DNA from: Camelus dromedarius
Taxonomy: Eukaryota
Length of the DNA stretch: 64,000 nucleotides
Reading direction: 5' to 3'
Assembly (NCBI RefSeq): GCF_036321535.1
Contig: NC_087437.1
Coordinates: 102,364,001 to 102,428,000 of the forward strand
This document shows positions 39,342-52,636 of the stretch, piece by piece. Made by a program: the position numbers and the translations under genes. Under the pieces are notes generated by a model, which worked only from the letters and a program-made list of their open reading frames with translations, was not told the origin of the DNA and searched no databases. Numbering within the stretch: position 1 is the stretch's first letter; each line of letters begins with the position of its first letter.

Positions 39342-40631
39342 TGTCAGAGGTAAACTGAGGCAAGTTCAAATTACCAGAAATTGAGTTTATTGACGAATAG
39401 CGGAAGGATTGCAATTCAGGAAGTGCATGCTGTAGCCAGCTACAGGTGAATCTGGTGAATGTCTGGGGAAGACTAGATGTTCACTGGTCACATAATAAGT
39501 CTCAGACTTCTATACATCAAGTGTTTAATGGAAATCAGTCTAGTTTTTGGGGGGTTTTTTTGGTATATATATTTTTATTGAAGTATAGTCAGTTTACAAT
39601 GTTGTGTCAATTTCTGATGTACAGCATAATGCTTCAGTCATACATGAACATACACGTATTCATTTTCATATTCTTTTTCACCATGAGTAACTGCAAGATA
39701 TTGAATATAGTTCCCTGTGCTATAGCTGTGCTATACACACAGCTATTTTATATATATTAGTTAGTATCTGCAAGTCTTAATAAGTTGTTTGTCTTTTTTT
39801 TTAAGATTCCACATATGAGTATCATATGGTGTTTTTCTTTCTCTTTCTGGCTTACTTCACTTACAATGACAATCTCCAGATCCATCCATGTTGCTGCAAT
39901 GGCATTATTTTATTATTTTTTATGGCTAAGTAATATCCATTGTATAAATATACCACAACTCCTTTATCCAGTCATCTGTCGATGGACATTTAGGTTGTTT
40001 CCATGTCTTGGCTATTGTAAATAGTGCTGCTGTGAACACTGGAGTGCATGTATCTTTTTGAATTAAGGTTCCCTCCAAATATATGCTCAGGAGTGGGACT
40101 GCAGGATCATATGGTAAGTCTGTTTTTAGTCTTTTGGGAAATCTCCATACTGTTTTCTGTAACGGCTGCACCAAACTACATTCCCACCAACAGTGTAGGA
40201 GAGTTCCCTTTTCTCCATACCCTCTCCAGCATTTATCGTTTGTGGACTTCTGAATGATGGCCATTCTGACTGATGTGAGGTGATACCTCATTAAGCTTTT
40301 GCACAGCAAAAGAAACCATAAGCAAAACAAAGACAACCCATGGAATGGGAGAAAATATTTGCAAAAGATGAAACTGACAAGGGCTTACTTTCCAGAATAT
40401 ATAAACAGCTCATACAACTTAATAATAAAAAAAGAAACAACCCAATCCAAGAATGGGCAGAAGACTTAAGCAATTCTCCAATGAAGACATACAAATGGCC
40501 AATGGGCACATGAAAAAATGCTCAATATCACTAATTATCAGAGAAATGTAAGTCTCAGTTCTTAAGTTCCATTCTTCTGAGAGCGCATGCATGAGTAAAA
40601 TGCAATTTTGTTTTAGATTGAAATCCTTTCA
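39342..40631 (-). mobile_element. Probable ERV1 solo LTR split by the L1 at 39545-40548
   Basis: TG...CA ends, 'tttatt' (minus-strand AATAAA) near 39386, and 'taagtctcag' on both sides of the L1. No TSD seen. Confidence 0.35.
39545..40548 (-). mobile_element. Lineage-specific L1 3' end with 5' inversion (minus 39545-40292, plus 40292-40548)
   Basis: T-rich tail, 3' UTR, and ORF2 Cys-rich C-terminus ([18 protein letters not shown] in ORF 39926-40336), followed by a strand switch. Confidence 0.95.
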
Positions 40632-41269
40632 TTCAGCTACACTTGTATGGTTTACTTTTTGTGCACTCTGTATTAAAGCAGCAAATGTACACACACACAC
40701 ATGCTTAAGACCAACCACAAAGATTCAAAACTGTACAACTGAAAATGAAATATATTCAATCTATATTCCATATCACATATACCATAAAATCCAAAGAACA
40801 TAAAGCTCACTGAAAATGTCATTCTCTACTCACTATAGACTTATATTAAATCTCTTACCCGAAAGTGGCAAGTCAGAATGCCTTCCTAAATAATATTTTT
40901 ATCTTTCATTTTTATTTGCTGAATATTTTGGCTTATCAAAATGAGCTTTTAAAGAGTATGTAGAAAATGCTTGCTAGCTGTCTCTCTAGAAATGTTTAAA
41001 ATTCAGTGTTTTAAAATCATAGATTTTATTAACCTTATTTCTATAATTCTACCTACTGGTGTTCCAGAAAAAAAAGATAATAAAAGATTGGAAGAGATTT
41101 TGTCAAAGATGTGCCTTTGGGAGATTTATTCTCTAACACACGAAACTGCAGAACAGTTTTATAACTGCCTCTTCACTCAGGGATGGTTCGTCTTTTTCTT
41201 TCAGAACAGTGCTGTGTCACATTTCTGTGCTTCTGCTGCGATTGCTCTTGATCCAGTTTCTCTGCTCTG

Positions 41270-41365
41270 TTGAATTTAGAGGAGTCAATCTTTGTATCTC
41301 CAGGCCTGAGCATAGTGCTTGACATATACTAGACACTTCATACATTTTTGCTGAATAAATGAATG
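41270..41365 (+). mobile_element. L2 3' terminus
   Basis: 'ctttgtatctccaggcctgagcatagtgcttgacatat ... ctgaataaatgaatg'. Confidence 0.65.
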
Positions 41366-41819
41366 TGTGTCATTGTTAGTACGTCCACTGTTTTTCAGTC
41401 TCATCAGAACATTCACCACTATAGTTCTGTTCAGTTTCACCTTGACTGGTCATGGAGCAAGTTTTTGCCATCCATCAGGCCCCATCACATATCCTGTGTT
41501 CAGCACAAGATCTAAGTTAAACAATGTTCAGAACTTGGGCAGACAGAGGTGGAGAGTGGAGTGGAGGGATGTCAGTATCCCATACTGGAGGACAATTTGA
41601 TGTTGAGTACCATACACAGTCTGCCCAAGTGTAAAGAACATAACTCTTCCTGATGTTAACCCCTCACAGCCTTTTCTCCTTACCTCTCTGGCGTCTTCTT
41701 TGAAGACTCAGTTGGTCTTTGAGGGAAGACAACTTGCTTTATTAGCAGGCATTTGAATCTTTCATCTCTGCAATTTCGGTGTTAATTTTTCATTACATGT
41801 CTAGCAGAATTATCCAATA

Positions 41820-42180
41820 AAACAATCTATTCCTATAGACTTCTTTTTTTGTGATCTTTTTAAAGACAAATTTAATTGATTTGATGGTTATAATCTATTC
41901 ACATTATCTATTTTATCATGGATGAGTTTTGGTATTTCATGGCCTTTAAGAAGCTGGCTTAATTTCTTCAGGGTTGTTGAATTTTTGAACATAAAATTGT
42001 TTGTAGTGTTATTATTATTTTTTAAAGACTGCAGGATCTGTAGCAAAATCCTGTTTCATTCCTGATATTGATGGTTTGGGTCTCCTGTCATTTTACCTTT
42101 ATTAGTTTTGCTAGTGCTTTCCCAGTTTAATTTTTTTTTGAACATCCTTTTGTTTTATTGATTTTTTTATTGTTCTCATG
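41820..42180 (-). mobile_element. Old L1 ORF2 fragment
   Basis: 'ctgcaggatctgtag ... tttcattcctgatattgatggtttg ... ttgttttattgatttttt'. Confidence 0.65.
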
Positions 42181-43576
42181 GTGTTTTGAGCCATTTTGCT
42201 TTCAACAGTGACTAAGTCCAATAAAAATTATATGTCTGTAGACTATTATCATTTACATTGATATTGGTTATGTACAACTTACAGATATGTACATTTGTAT
42301 AAGGGATAATGAAAGGCAGAAACACTGATAATTGGGTTCATTTCAAAGACTTTTGGAAATTTTTCTTGCAGTTTTCTCCAGAAGCTCCATCTTCTGTTTG
42401 CTCTTCTTTTCTTTTTTCTTGGCACTTGTGATGGAGAGTTATTCCATTTTGTCTAATTCATGTTGACCACAACTAAATGAAATGTACCTTCAGTATTGCC
42501 ATTCCTAGAAGTGGTAGCATAAAATCTGCATATGGATCAATAAGAGTTCAGTAGTCATGTCTAGCATCCTGATAAAAATGCAAAAGGAAGCTACACAATA
42601 GCTCATGATGGTCATGTTCTCCCAACTTCAAGAGCAGGAAAGATTTAGCCTAACTAGTCAGACCATCTTCAAATCCTTGCTGAAGGAAATGACCAGGCAC
42701 AATCTCATGTGATCTTATTCTAAAGGGTAAAATTATGTAATAGTGTTCTCTGTTAGTATATTATAATTCCAGAAATCTCATTTGAACCCGCATGCTTAAA
42801 CTGTTTCCACTTCTGCTTAATTATAGAGAGGCAAGCTTGTATGTTAGCACTGGGAGCAGAAGGAACCCTACCCAAGTCAAGCTGCCATCTTCCCACGTGT
42901 TCTACCTGGCAGTAGTGATTATAATAGAGGTGATCCTGGATCTAGTGAGCTTTGGGGTCTCCATAAATATTTGTTAGATTTTGTTTTGGATGCTAGTATA
43001 ATTTTCAGAAACACAAATCTAGTAGGTATATTAGGCCACAGAACAATATTAGAAAATATTTTTAGACATAATTTTACATTGTAACTTCCATAAATGGTGT
43101 AGAATTTGGTTAACTAGCTCTTGAGGCATGAGTGTAATTTATAATATGGTAGTTAAAATAATTTGCATAACATTGACTATTTTTTCTGACTTCTGATAAA
43201 ATCTAATAGATGAAGCAAGACTATTTTCATGACAAGTGGGAAAAGCAATCATGCTTCATTGACATTTCATTAACATAATGATTATCCTCACTTTTTCATT
43301 ACTTTTCAATCCAAAGTATAATACATAGCAAGTGCTACCCATATGTATAAGGATGGTTGTCATCAAGCATACATAAACAATGTTTTTTTCTTTTATTTCC
43401 CCTAACTTAAAAAAGAATATGATTTATCTTTTTTAACATACAGTTCACAATATTTAAGATCCTATAGTCTTAGATGGTCCAAGACTCTCACATAGTTTTT
43501 AAAGAAATAAAATACAATCCCATTTAAGGAAAAAGAAAACTTCCAACATTTTGAAGCATGTATTAGAAAAACACAC

Positions 43577-43706
43577 CTCAGCCTTCCTTTAATACTCCCA
43601 TTTTGGAGTTGGTCATTTGACAGATGTGTCCACCCGCCCACTGTATTATTGATTTTGGTGGTGATTTCTGACTCTGCACGGGATCTTCTCTTGAGTTTGA
43701 CAGCTT
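43577..43706 (-). CDS. Speculative 130-nt internal exon (AVKLKRRSRAESEITTKINNTVGGWTHLSNDQLQNGSIKGRL), product unknown
   Basis: Strong acceptor 'ttcttctctaatttcatactttcatcag|' with a CTAAT branch-like site, donor 'GAG|gtgtgt', open frame, non-repeat sequence. Confidence 0.3.
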
Positions 43707-43822
43707 CTGATGAAAGTATGAAATTAGAGAAGAATAACCTGAGCTGAGACAGATGATCAGCGTTATCCCAGGCACTGAAGCTAAGTACCCCAGTCTTGTT
43801 CTCAGATTGATGATTTACTTAC

Positions 43823-43847
43823 CGAAGTGCACTTGGGAAAGTGAAGA
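43823..43847 (-). CDS. Speculative 25-nt micro-exon (SSLSQVHF)
   Basis: Pyrimidine tract ending 'gatag|', donor 'TCG|gtaagt', 116-nt intron to the next candidate exon, phases compatible. Confidence 0.25.
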
Positions 43848-45280
43848 CTATCACAAGTGATTGAGGAGATGAACATAAAGGATAAAAGGGTAATAAATAA
43901 ATAGTTTAACTTGAAAACTATCTGCCCAAAATATTCACTGATACTTGAAAGAGATGGAAAAGAAGGAAAATGTTAAAACACACACATCCACACACTCCTA
44001 CAACAATGCAGTATGAGGCAGATAATGAAGAAAAAGAGAGTATTTAAAGATGTGATAAAATTATCAGGTAATTAATAAGTGACATGGAATGTGTTTATAC
44101 GAAAGTAGTTATATTCTGTTAGCAACAAAATTGGGAACATACAATGTGGCAGAAATTATCTATGTCATGTTTTAGTAACTTTTAAATTCAAGTTATAACA
44201 GTTATAGTTCAAAAACTTGAAGAGCTCACTAAAAAGTTAGGATTCTTTTAGTCTATATCCTAAATAAGAAAAACTGGATTCTATTTCACAATTTATCTAT
44301 GTGTGTTTCTGTTTCGCTGATCTCTAAAATGGAATGGAGTTATGGAAAGCAGGAGACTTACCAAACATTATTTGTAATATCTCTTGCTACATATTATTTC
44401 TCTTTAAAGAGAAGTGGTTGGTGAGGCACTAATTATAAAAGGACTTCAGAATGGGGAAGAAAAAGACTAAATTTTTGAGGCCTATGTTAAATGCTGGTTT
44501 TGATTTTTTTAGCTTGATATTGTTTTTAAAGAATAATTCCCTTTATCTCAGAATGGATGTCATTTTATTTTAAAGGGGAAATTGATATTTTACATCAGTT
44601 TCTTATTCTACTTTGCATACAATTTATACCTTTCCCACTGGAAAATTGGGGAAATGAATTACAAGATACTTCAATATAGCAATAAGCTATCAGATTTTAA
44701 TTTATGATGCATTTTTGGACACAATTACACATATGCAAAATCTTCCTTGAAGACAGAAAAACTGGCATCTAAACTAATAAAACTTTGAAGCTGATTTGAG
44801 TGTTGTTCTTAGATTTTTATGAAACTTTGGATTTCCAAGACTATCTATTCTAAAATGCAGGAGAAATTCTAGATCACCTCTCACCGTATTAGACAGAACA
44901 ATTCAAATCTGAAGATGCACAATGTTTTGAGAGTGACATAAGTTGTAAAAACCAGAGTAGTAATTACCAGAGTAAAATAATTGAAATAAAAGGAAAGTCA
45001 AAATTCAACTTCTGTTTGAATAATTTTATATAACAAAGTACTCACTTAAGAAAAAAAAATCTGTAGCCATAATCAAAATTTTAGCTTCAGAGATTGAGAT
45101 TCCAGAAAGTTATTGAACTATATCACTGTAGATAACAATGAATGGGTTCTGTTAAGTTATTTAATGTGTGAAACAATATGCAGACCTACCAACAATAAAC
45201 ATCTTGTTTATTGCAAAAACCGTTAAAATTAATTCCAGGCCAAAGTAAGAGAAGAAATGATAATGCTATAGATACATGCA

Positions 45281-45336
45281 TAGAATAAATAGAATAGAAT
45301 ATAGATATATGCATAGAATAGAATAGAATAGAATAG
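45281..45336 (+). repeat. Interrupted (GAATA)n pentanucleotide repeat
   Basis: Read directly. Confidence 0.9.
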
Positions 45337-45350
45337 TCTATCTATTTGTC

Positions 45351-46556
45351 ATCATTTGTGGACTTTTGAATGATGGCCCTTGTAACTAGTGTGAGGTGAT
45401 ACCTCATTGTAGTTTTGATTTGCATTCCTCTGATAATTAGTGGTATTGAGCATTTTGTCATGTGCCATGACATGACCATTTGTATGTTTTCTTTGGAGAC
45501 TTGCTTATTTAGGTTTTCTGCCTATTTTTGGCTTGGGTTATTGGGGGTTTTTTTAAATTAAGTTGGATGAGCTGTTTATATATTCTGGAAATTAAACCTT
45601 TGCAAATATTTTCTCCTATTCTGTAGGTTGTCTTTTTGTTTTGCTTATGATTTCCTTTGCTGTGCAAAAGCTTATAAGTTTAATTAAGTCCTATTTTTTT
45701 TTTTTAAATTTTTGTTTTCATTTCTATTGCCTGTGTAGACTACCCTAGGAGAACATTGCTAAGATATATGTGGAAGAATGTTTGCCTATGTTTTCTTCTA
45801 GGCAGTTTATAGTATCTTATTTTATATTAAGTCTTTAAGCCATTCTGAGTTTGTGTTTGTGTGTGGTGTGAGGGAGTGTTCTAACTTCACTGATTACATG
45901 TGGCTTTTCAACTTTCCCAACACCACTTGCTGAAGAGACTGTCTTTTCTCCATTGTATATTCTTACTTCCTTTGTTAAAGATTAATTGACCATAGGTCTA
46001 TGGGTTTATTTTGGGGCTCTCTATTCTGTTCCATTGATCCATATGTCTCTTTTTAATGCCAGTGCCATGCTGTTTTGATGATTGTAGCTCTGTAGTGTTG
46101 TTTGAAGTCTGGGAGGGTTATTCCTCCAGCTTCATTCTTTCTCTTCAGTATTGTTTTGGCAATCCTGGGTCTTTTGTGATTCCATATAAATTTTAAGATT
46201 ATTTGTTCTAGTTCTGTGAAAAACGTCCTGGGTAATTTGATAGGAATCCCCTTAAATCTGTAAATTGCTTTTGGTATTATGGCCATTTTAACAATATTAA
46301 TTATTCCAATCCAAGAGCATGGGATATCTTTCCATTTCTTTAAATCATCTTTAATTTCCTTAATCAGTGTTTTGTAGTTCTCCTCATTTAAGTCTTTCAC
46401 TCCCTGTATCAGGTTTATTCCTAGGTATTTTTAATGCAATTTTAAAAGAGAATTTTTTTTGAACTTTCCTTTTCTGATATTTCATTGTTAGTGTAAAGAA
46501 ATGCAACTGATTTCTGAATGTTAATCTTGTATCCTGCTACCTTGCTGAATTCTTTT
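45351..46556 (-). mobile_element. Lineage-specific L1 ORF2 fragment, truncated at both ends
   Basis: ORF 46053-46400 '[23 protein letters not shown] ... GGITLPDFK' is L1 ORF2p. No 3' UTR or tail. Confidence 0.95.
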
Positions 46557-47337
46557 TAAAACTTTATTTTGTCATTCAAACTATTAATTTTATTGCTTGT
46601 AAGTTTTTTTCTCTTAAGTATGTTTAATCTATCATTTTTAATTTAAAGCTAATTATTTTGGACAGCAAAGATAGAAACAAAATATAATCAAGTAATCCTC
46701 TACATCTGTCCTTTATTAAAAATACAACTCACACCACAATGATACTTTTTTTCATGCTTTGAACTGTTCCAAAGTAGCTGCTTTGCCCTTCACTTTCCAT
46801 AAAGGTCTCAGTTAATTCTGGGCTTTAACCTTCCTGAATATACTTACATTCTCTGCTTCTCCCTTGAATCCCTTATATCTTTCTCTTAGCCAATCTTCAG
46901 TTTATAATACTATGTCCTTCATGGTTAGATCAGTTTAAGGATCCAAGTGAAACATGTAAGGTGTTAAATTAGAATACATAAAACAATAGAGCAGCAGTTA
47001 AAATTGCATGTACCATATAAAAACTATGAGCCTTAAAGTATCACCCCATTAGAAAAGACCAATTAAAAAACGTGGCTCCTTCATTCTTCCCTGACAGTCA
47101 TTATACCAAAGGTTTAACAGATTGAAAATTCAGTCTGAATTACCTATACAATGTTGCATGTTTCAAAAATCAGGCTGATTCTTTCTGACACCACAAAATT
47201 TCAAACTAATTTTTTACATATCCTTTAAAATTTTATAATTATATAGTCAGGTATTAAATAAAAAACAAAGACAGAATAGACTGCCCTATGAAAGCATCTT
47301 TAAAATGAGCTTTGCAGCAGCTTCCCAGACTACTTAC

Positions 47338-47494
47338 TCTTGTTGTTGTCACAAAGCCCACCACCAATTTTCCCAAATTTATAGATATCTTCTTCCCAGG
47401 CTTGACCCCTATCAGACTGTTGATGACCGCTTTCAGAAACACATCCACTCCCAGTTTTGGAAACACAGTTCTGTGTGTTTTATGAAGGGAGTTC
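47338..47494 (-). CDS. Speculative 157-nt internal exon (NSLHKTHRTVFPKLGVDVFLKAVINSLIGVKPGKKISINLGKLVVGFVTTTR), product unknown
   Basis: Donor 'AGA|gtaagt', modest acceptor 'gccacag|', lies within ORF 47254-47511. Its phase-0 end fits 43823-43847. Confidence 0.25.
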
Positions 47495-48225
47495 CTGTGG
47501 CATAGGCTCACTTATAGAGACTGCAGAATTATCCCATATCATAAAAATGGGAGAAAGAGTGAGCGAGGACAGAATTGGAATTGATAAATAAAGATAGCTG
47601 CTGCTATTTAGAAGGTAATAAGAATAGGTAGGGGAAAAAAAGAAGGGAATTGATAAAGTAGGAGTTAAATTTAAGTATTTTTCCTCCCAATACAATCCTT
47701 AGAGAGAATGTAAGTAAAGTTGACTGAAACATCAATTTTCCCAAATCTCTCAGCTAGTGCCTAAATCCCATTGCTTATCTAGACTCGAGATTCTAGAGAA
47801 TGGCATTGACTATCAGCAGAAGTTCTCAGAATACCAATGCTTAATGGAACCTTTTTAGAAACCCTGTATAATAAATTGTTGCAACTGATTTTTAGCATAG
47901 GCATCACATCCCAACCCTCTCATAATGTCTTTATGAATTGTTTTACCATAACTGCCCTGTCCTGCAGTTTATAAAACATTAGTAGTTGCTGTTTTCCTGG
48001 ATTGCCAGGAAAACCAAGATTAGTTGGCTTTAAGAATCTCAAGAAAATTACTTCACTTAGAATTTCCATGTCAAGTGAAAATCAAAAATATTTATTCTAC
48101 CAAAAATCATATTGCTTAAAGTCTACTAAGCTTATGATTATATTTGTTAACTATTCTTGAGTTAGTCTTATCAACTTATTCATTAGCCCCATCCTTTTCA
48201 TAAGCATCTTCCAGATAAACAGGTA

Positions 48226-48630
48226 TGTCTAAGGCAATGTTCTTCAGAAGCAAAGTCTGAGACATAGATACATATGCAAGTGATTTTAGAGAGTCTTTTC
48301 AGGAGAAACTTAAAAAGAATTGAGAGAAAGATAGGAGAAGAAGATGAGGACTCAGGTGAAGGCTAGCCTCATCTGATTTCATGAGTAGCTTTGGAGCTTA
48401 AACCCCACTCAGAAGTAAGGGGATTGAGTTGAGTCACTGAGTCATTGATCAGAGTATGAGAGGGGGTGGGGGAGAGACTAAAACACTCCCAAAGCACTGC
48501 CCCATTGTGGGCAATTCTGAGTGATAGATGCAAGTATGAGCCGTTAACTTTCAACACGTACAGCAACTGTTAGTGGGGATACTAGCCTGGTAAAGAAAAT
48601 CTGGGTAAGGCATTACGAATACCTGCTACA
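48226..48630 (-). mobile_element. LTR16-like ERVL solo LTR
   Basis: 'cagaagcaaagtctgagacatag ... tgcaagtgattt ... atctgggtaaggc ... ctgctaca'. Confidence 0.6.
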
Positions 48631-49488
48631 AGAAAGAACAGGAGCAGTGAGCAGTAAATGAAGTTGACAGATATATAAAAGTTGTTTTCCTTAAAGGTCA
48701 TTATTACATTATTACAAGAGCAATTTGCATCTTGGGGTATATAGCAGCAGTCATTTGCCACTACAAAAATGTGTAGATAGATGATGTTAAGTACCACCCA
48801 GAATCTTGTTTCAAAAGGCTATTGGTGAGATTCATTCATATCTTCCTCTGTATTCCACATTACAGCCAGGTACTTTCTCTGTAAAACTGCGGAAAGATGA
48901 ATGGGCCCGAAAGGACCCAGACTTAGTTATCTAACTATACCTTAATCACAAGATGGAAAAACACTGCTAGACAAAAGACAATGCCAATGGCCCACTGAGG
49001 AAAAGAAAAAAGTAAAAAAGAAATGTAGTTAAGTTGAGTTTGAAATATCTTCAGATATTTCATAAGATGGGGACAGAGTCATGCCAGCATTTTATTAAAA
49101 TTTCTTTGGTCTTACAGGGTAATCTGTTTATCTTAAGTATTCATTAACTCAGTCTTCCAAAGAAATGAATTATCCAATAAATGCCTGTGATCAAACTTAT
49201 ACTGATAACTTGGAAAAGAAAGTGTATGTCTGCTTTACCAATACAATGAAAAATATGCAGAATCAATACTTAATATAGACAATATACTCAGCTAATCAAT
49301 TTAGTCAAAATATTCCAAAGAAAGACAATAGAGTATGAGAAGGAACAATGGAATAATAGTTCTTTGAAGTTAAATATAAGTTCTTCCATGGGAAAATTAG
49401 ATTATTTAGAGCTTGAATCAACTATAATATTCATATTTCACTTGAACATATATATTTATAAATATAATATATGCATGCATGTACTTTT

Positions 49489-50406
<918 letters not shown>

Positions 50407-51589
50407 TAATTAGGGGGTGGAATAAAAAGACTATTGCTGAACGTGCTCACTGTATATTCTTGTGCTTTAAGGCTGGTTTTTCTTACTATGTTATTGTGGC
50501 TCATTCTTTAATGGGCAATTTAATCAAGTGTTTGAAAAAATTGAATATAGTGAAGGTTTTGCATATAGACCCCACACATTTTCACAGCACAGAGCTATTT
50601 AGCATAGCTGTTTCTGTAACTGTGATAACAGTGCCAGGTTTGATTTTGTTTATAGCACCGTGGGGATGCACCACAGCTCGTGGCTTCAGACAAAGCGGCA
50701 TCTGGCACCGTGTGATGGGAGGGAGGATTTCTACTTGCAGACTACTGAAAATGTTTGCTAGCACAAACCTGCTCAAGCTTTCCTTTTCTCCCATTGCCTA
50801 TTGTACTTTTTTGTCTCTATTTATGCGCATTGTAAATGGATCAAAAGACCCATCTATTGAAGAACCATATACATCAAACAAAGATAAAATTTAGAGCAAT
50901 TAGTGCATTCCTTATGAAAACAAGATGGTTTCCCTTAATTTTTATTTCTTTTTGTTTGTTCAGTTAAGCATTATTAAGCACTCAGTGATCCCTTAATGAT
51001 CCTGAACATTCAAACAGTCATATACTTCTATGATTTTTTTTTCAGAAATCACATTTAGAAGCTGTGCCTTTTCCGTCTTTTTTTTTAGAAGTAAATGACA
51101 TCCTTTGAACCCTGTTCTTGCTAGTCTCCTTCAAGCATCCACAGAAATATACCAAAGTCGTAATGAGATGCTCACGATAAAATGCTGTACCACAAATTAA
51201 GTTTTACTGGAGTGAAATAGAAAGTCTGATATCCTTGAGTATGATTCCATTGAACAGCACAGTTATTATATTTGTTCCTATTTCCATTCTGCTCCAGTTG
51301 CAGCTGCAATTTATTTCTACAATTTCACACACTCAACACTTCCAGCTATAAATTGTCTACAATGGAGTTACACTTGATATTCTGAATATTTGTAAATAAA
51401 CACCAACCCTGAATCCTCTAAGCAAATGTTATTTTCCAGTCATATAAACATAAATTGTATAAAAAATAAAGCAGAATCACTGCAGAGCCAGTCCAGTGCC
51501 ACAGCCTCTTGAGTGGCCTCAAGAGGCATTTTCTTGTTTACTGCCACTTTGTGGCTTAAGTTTTTGGCCTTGATCCTTAATAAAAGAGA

Positions 51590-51932
51590 TGCAACTGCCT
51601 GTATGAGGAACATATCTATTCTACAGATATGTTTGGTTTTTATAGTGTTTAAAAGGAGTTACAACTAACATTTACAAGTTGGAAGATTTCACATAAATGT
51701 ACAAAAATACAACTTCTCTTGAAAAACCGCAAGTGCTGGTGGCAATGAATGCTATCTTTAACCTGCCAACACTTGGCTGCAATTGAGTTGTGACTGCTTG
51801 CCTTGGTTGGCAGTGCCCACCATGGTGTCTAGTTGCCTAGCAAATGTCTAGTTGCCTAGCCTTAAACCCAGCTTATTTTACCCACTTAAATATCCAACAA
51901 GACCCCTGTGGAGATTTGAGTTTAGGAATCCT
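51590..51932. mobile_element. MER102-like hAT-Charlie element
   Basis: 'gatttcacataaa ... cttctcttgaaaaa ... ccctgtggagatttgagttt'. Confidence 0.6.
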
Positions 51933-52300
51933 TCCCACCCAGATTTTGTTATTGTTGTTATGTTTAATTTTTAGAATTTTTTATCCTTTGTTTTTGCTTC
52001 TACATAGTCAAAGATAATTATTCTATGATTCAAACAAGTTCCAAGGGATATCAGGTGGTACCAGGGTCGAAGGGAAAGTAAGTATTTTATTCAAAAATAC
52101 CAAATTAAGTGAAATTTACTCTATTTTCCCTTTAATTTTACACTATTTTTCTTGAATAATACTTTATTAAAAAATAAAACAGAACAAATAAGTTAAAATT
52201 TAAAAAATACAGTGGCATCCACAAGGAACATTTTGATGCAGTATGTTCCAGATCGTTCTATATGACAGACTTTTTAAAGCAATTGTTTAAAAAAAAAAAC

Positions 52301-52636
52301 TGTCCCACTAGGCTGTAGGCCCTAGATAGTTAAGGTGCATATCAAAGGAATGATTGCATCTCCCCATACATAGGAAAGCGCTAAATTCACTAACTTGAGA
52401 TGCCTGGCTTTCTTTATTTAACAGTAGTCTTTTGATGATCCCACTACCTGTTTTGGGCTTTTGGGTTTTTTTTAAACTTCAGTATATCTTGACTCCTCCC
52501 TTACCTCTTTGAAACAGTCCCTCAGAGATTCTGAGAGCTGGCTTCTCAGGATTGAGTCCTCAGCAAATCTGCCAAATAAAACATAATTCTCAACTTTCAG
52601 GTTTCATATTTTTCAGTCATTTTTTTTCGGTGGACA
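52301..52636 (+). mobile_element. ERV1 solo LTR, MER41-like (cetartiodactyl type)
   Basis: TG...CA ends, near-TSD aaac/atac, 'gtcctcagcaaatctgccaaataaaacataattctcaactt' with AATAAA. Confidence 0.7.

Noticed and set aside
45281..45336. (GAATA)n as the decayed poly(A) tail of the adjacent minus-strand L1
   Set aside because: A tail of a minus-strand element would be T-rich on the plus strand, and this repeat is A-rich.
46053..46400. Host gene encoding a 115-aa protein
   Set aside because: It is an L1 ORF2p fragment, as are 39926-40336, 49989-50252 and 56558-56791. 56442-56882 and 18701-18910 are L1 antisense frames.
48798..48886. Minus-strand coding exon after 'tctttccgcag|'
   Set aside because: Stops in all three frames and only a weak donor.
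51504..51527. 10-bp stem hairpin GCCTCTTGAG-tggc-CTCAAGAGGC as a terminator
   Set aside because: Intrinsic terminators do not apply to mammalian DNA, and a single 10-bp stem is near chance expectation in 64 kb.
51826..51860. Direct repeat TGTCTAGTTGCCTAGC x2 (similar pairs near 12170, 28850 and 29730)
   Set aside because: Two-copy slippage duplications with no spacer array. Not CRISPR-like.
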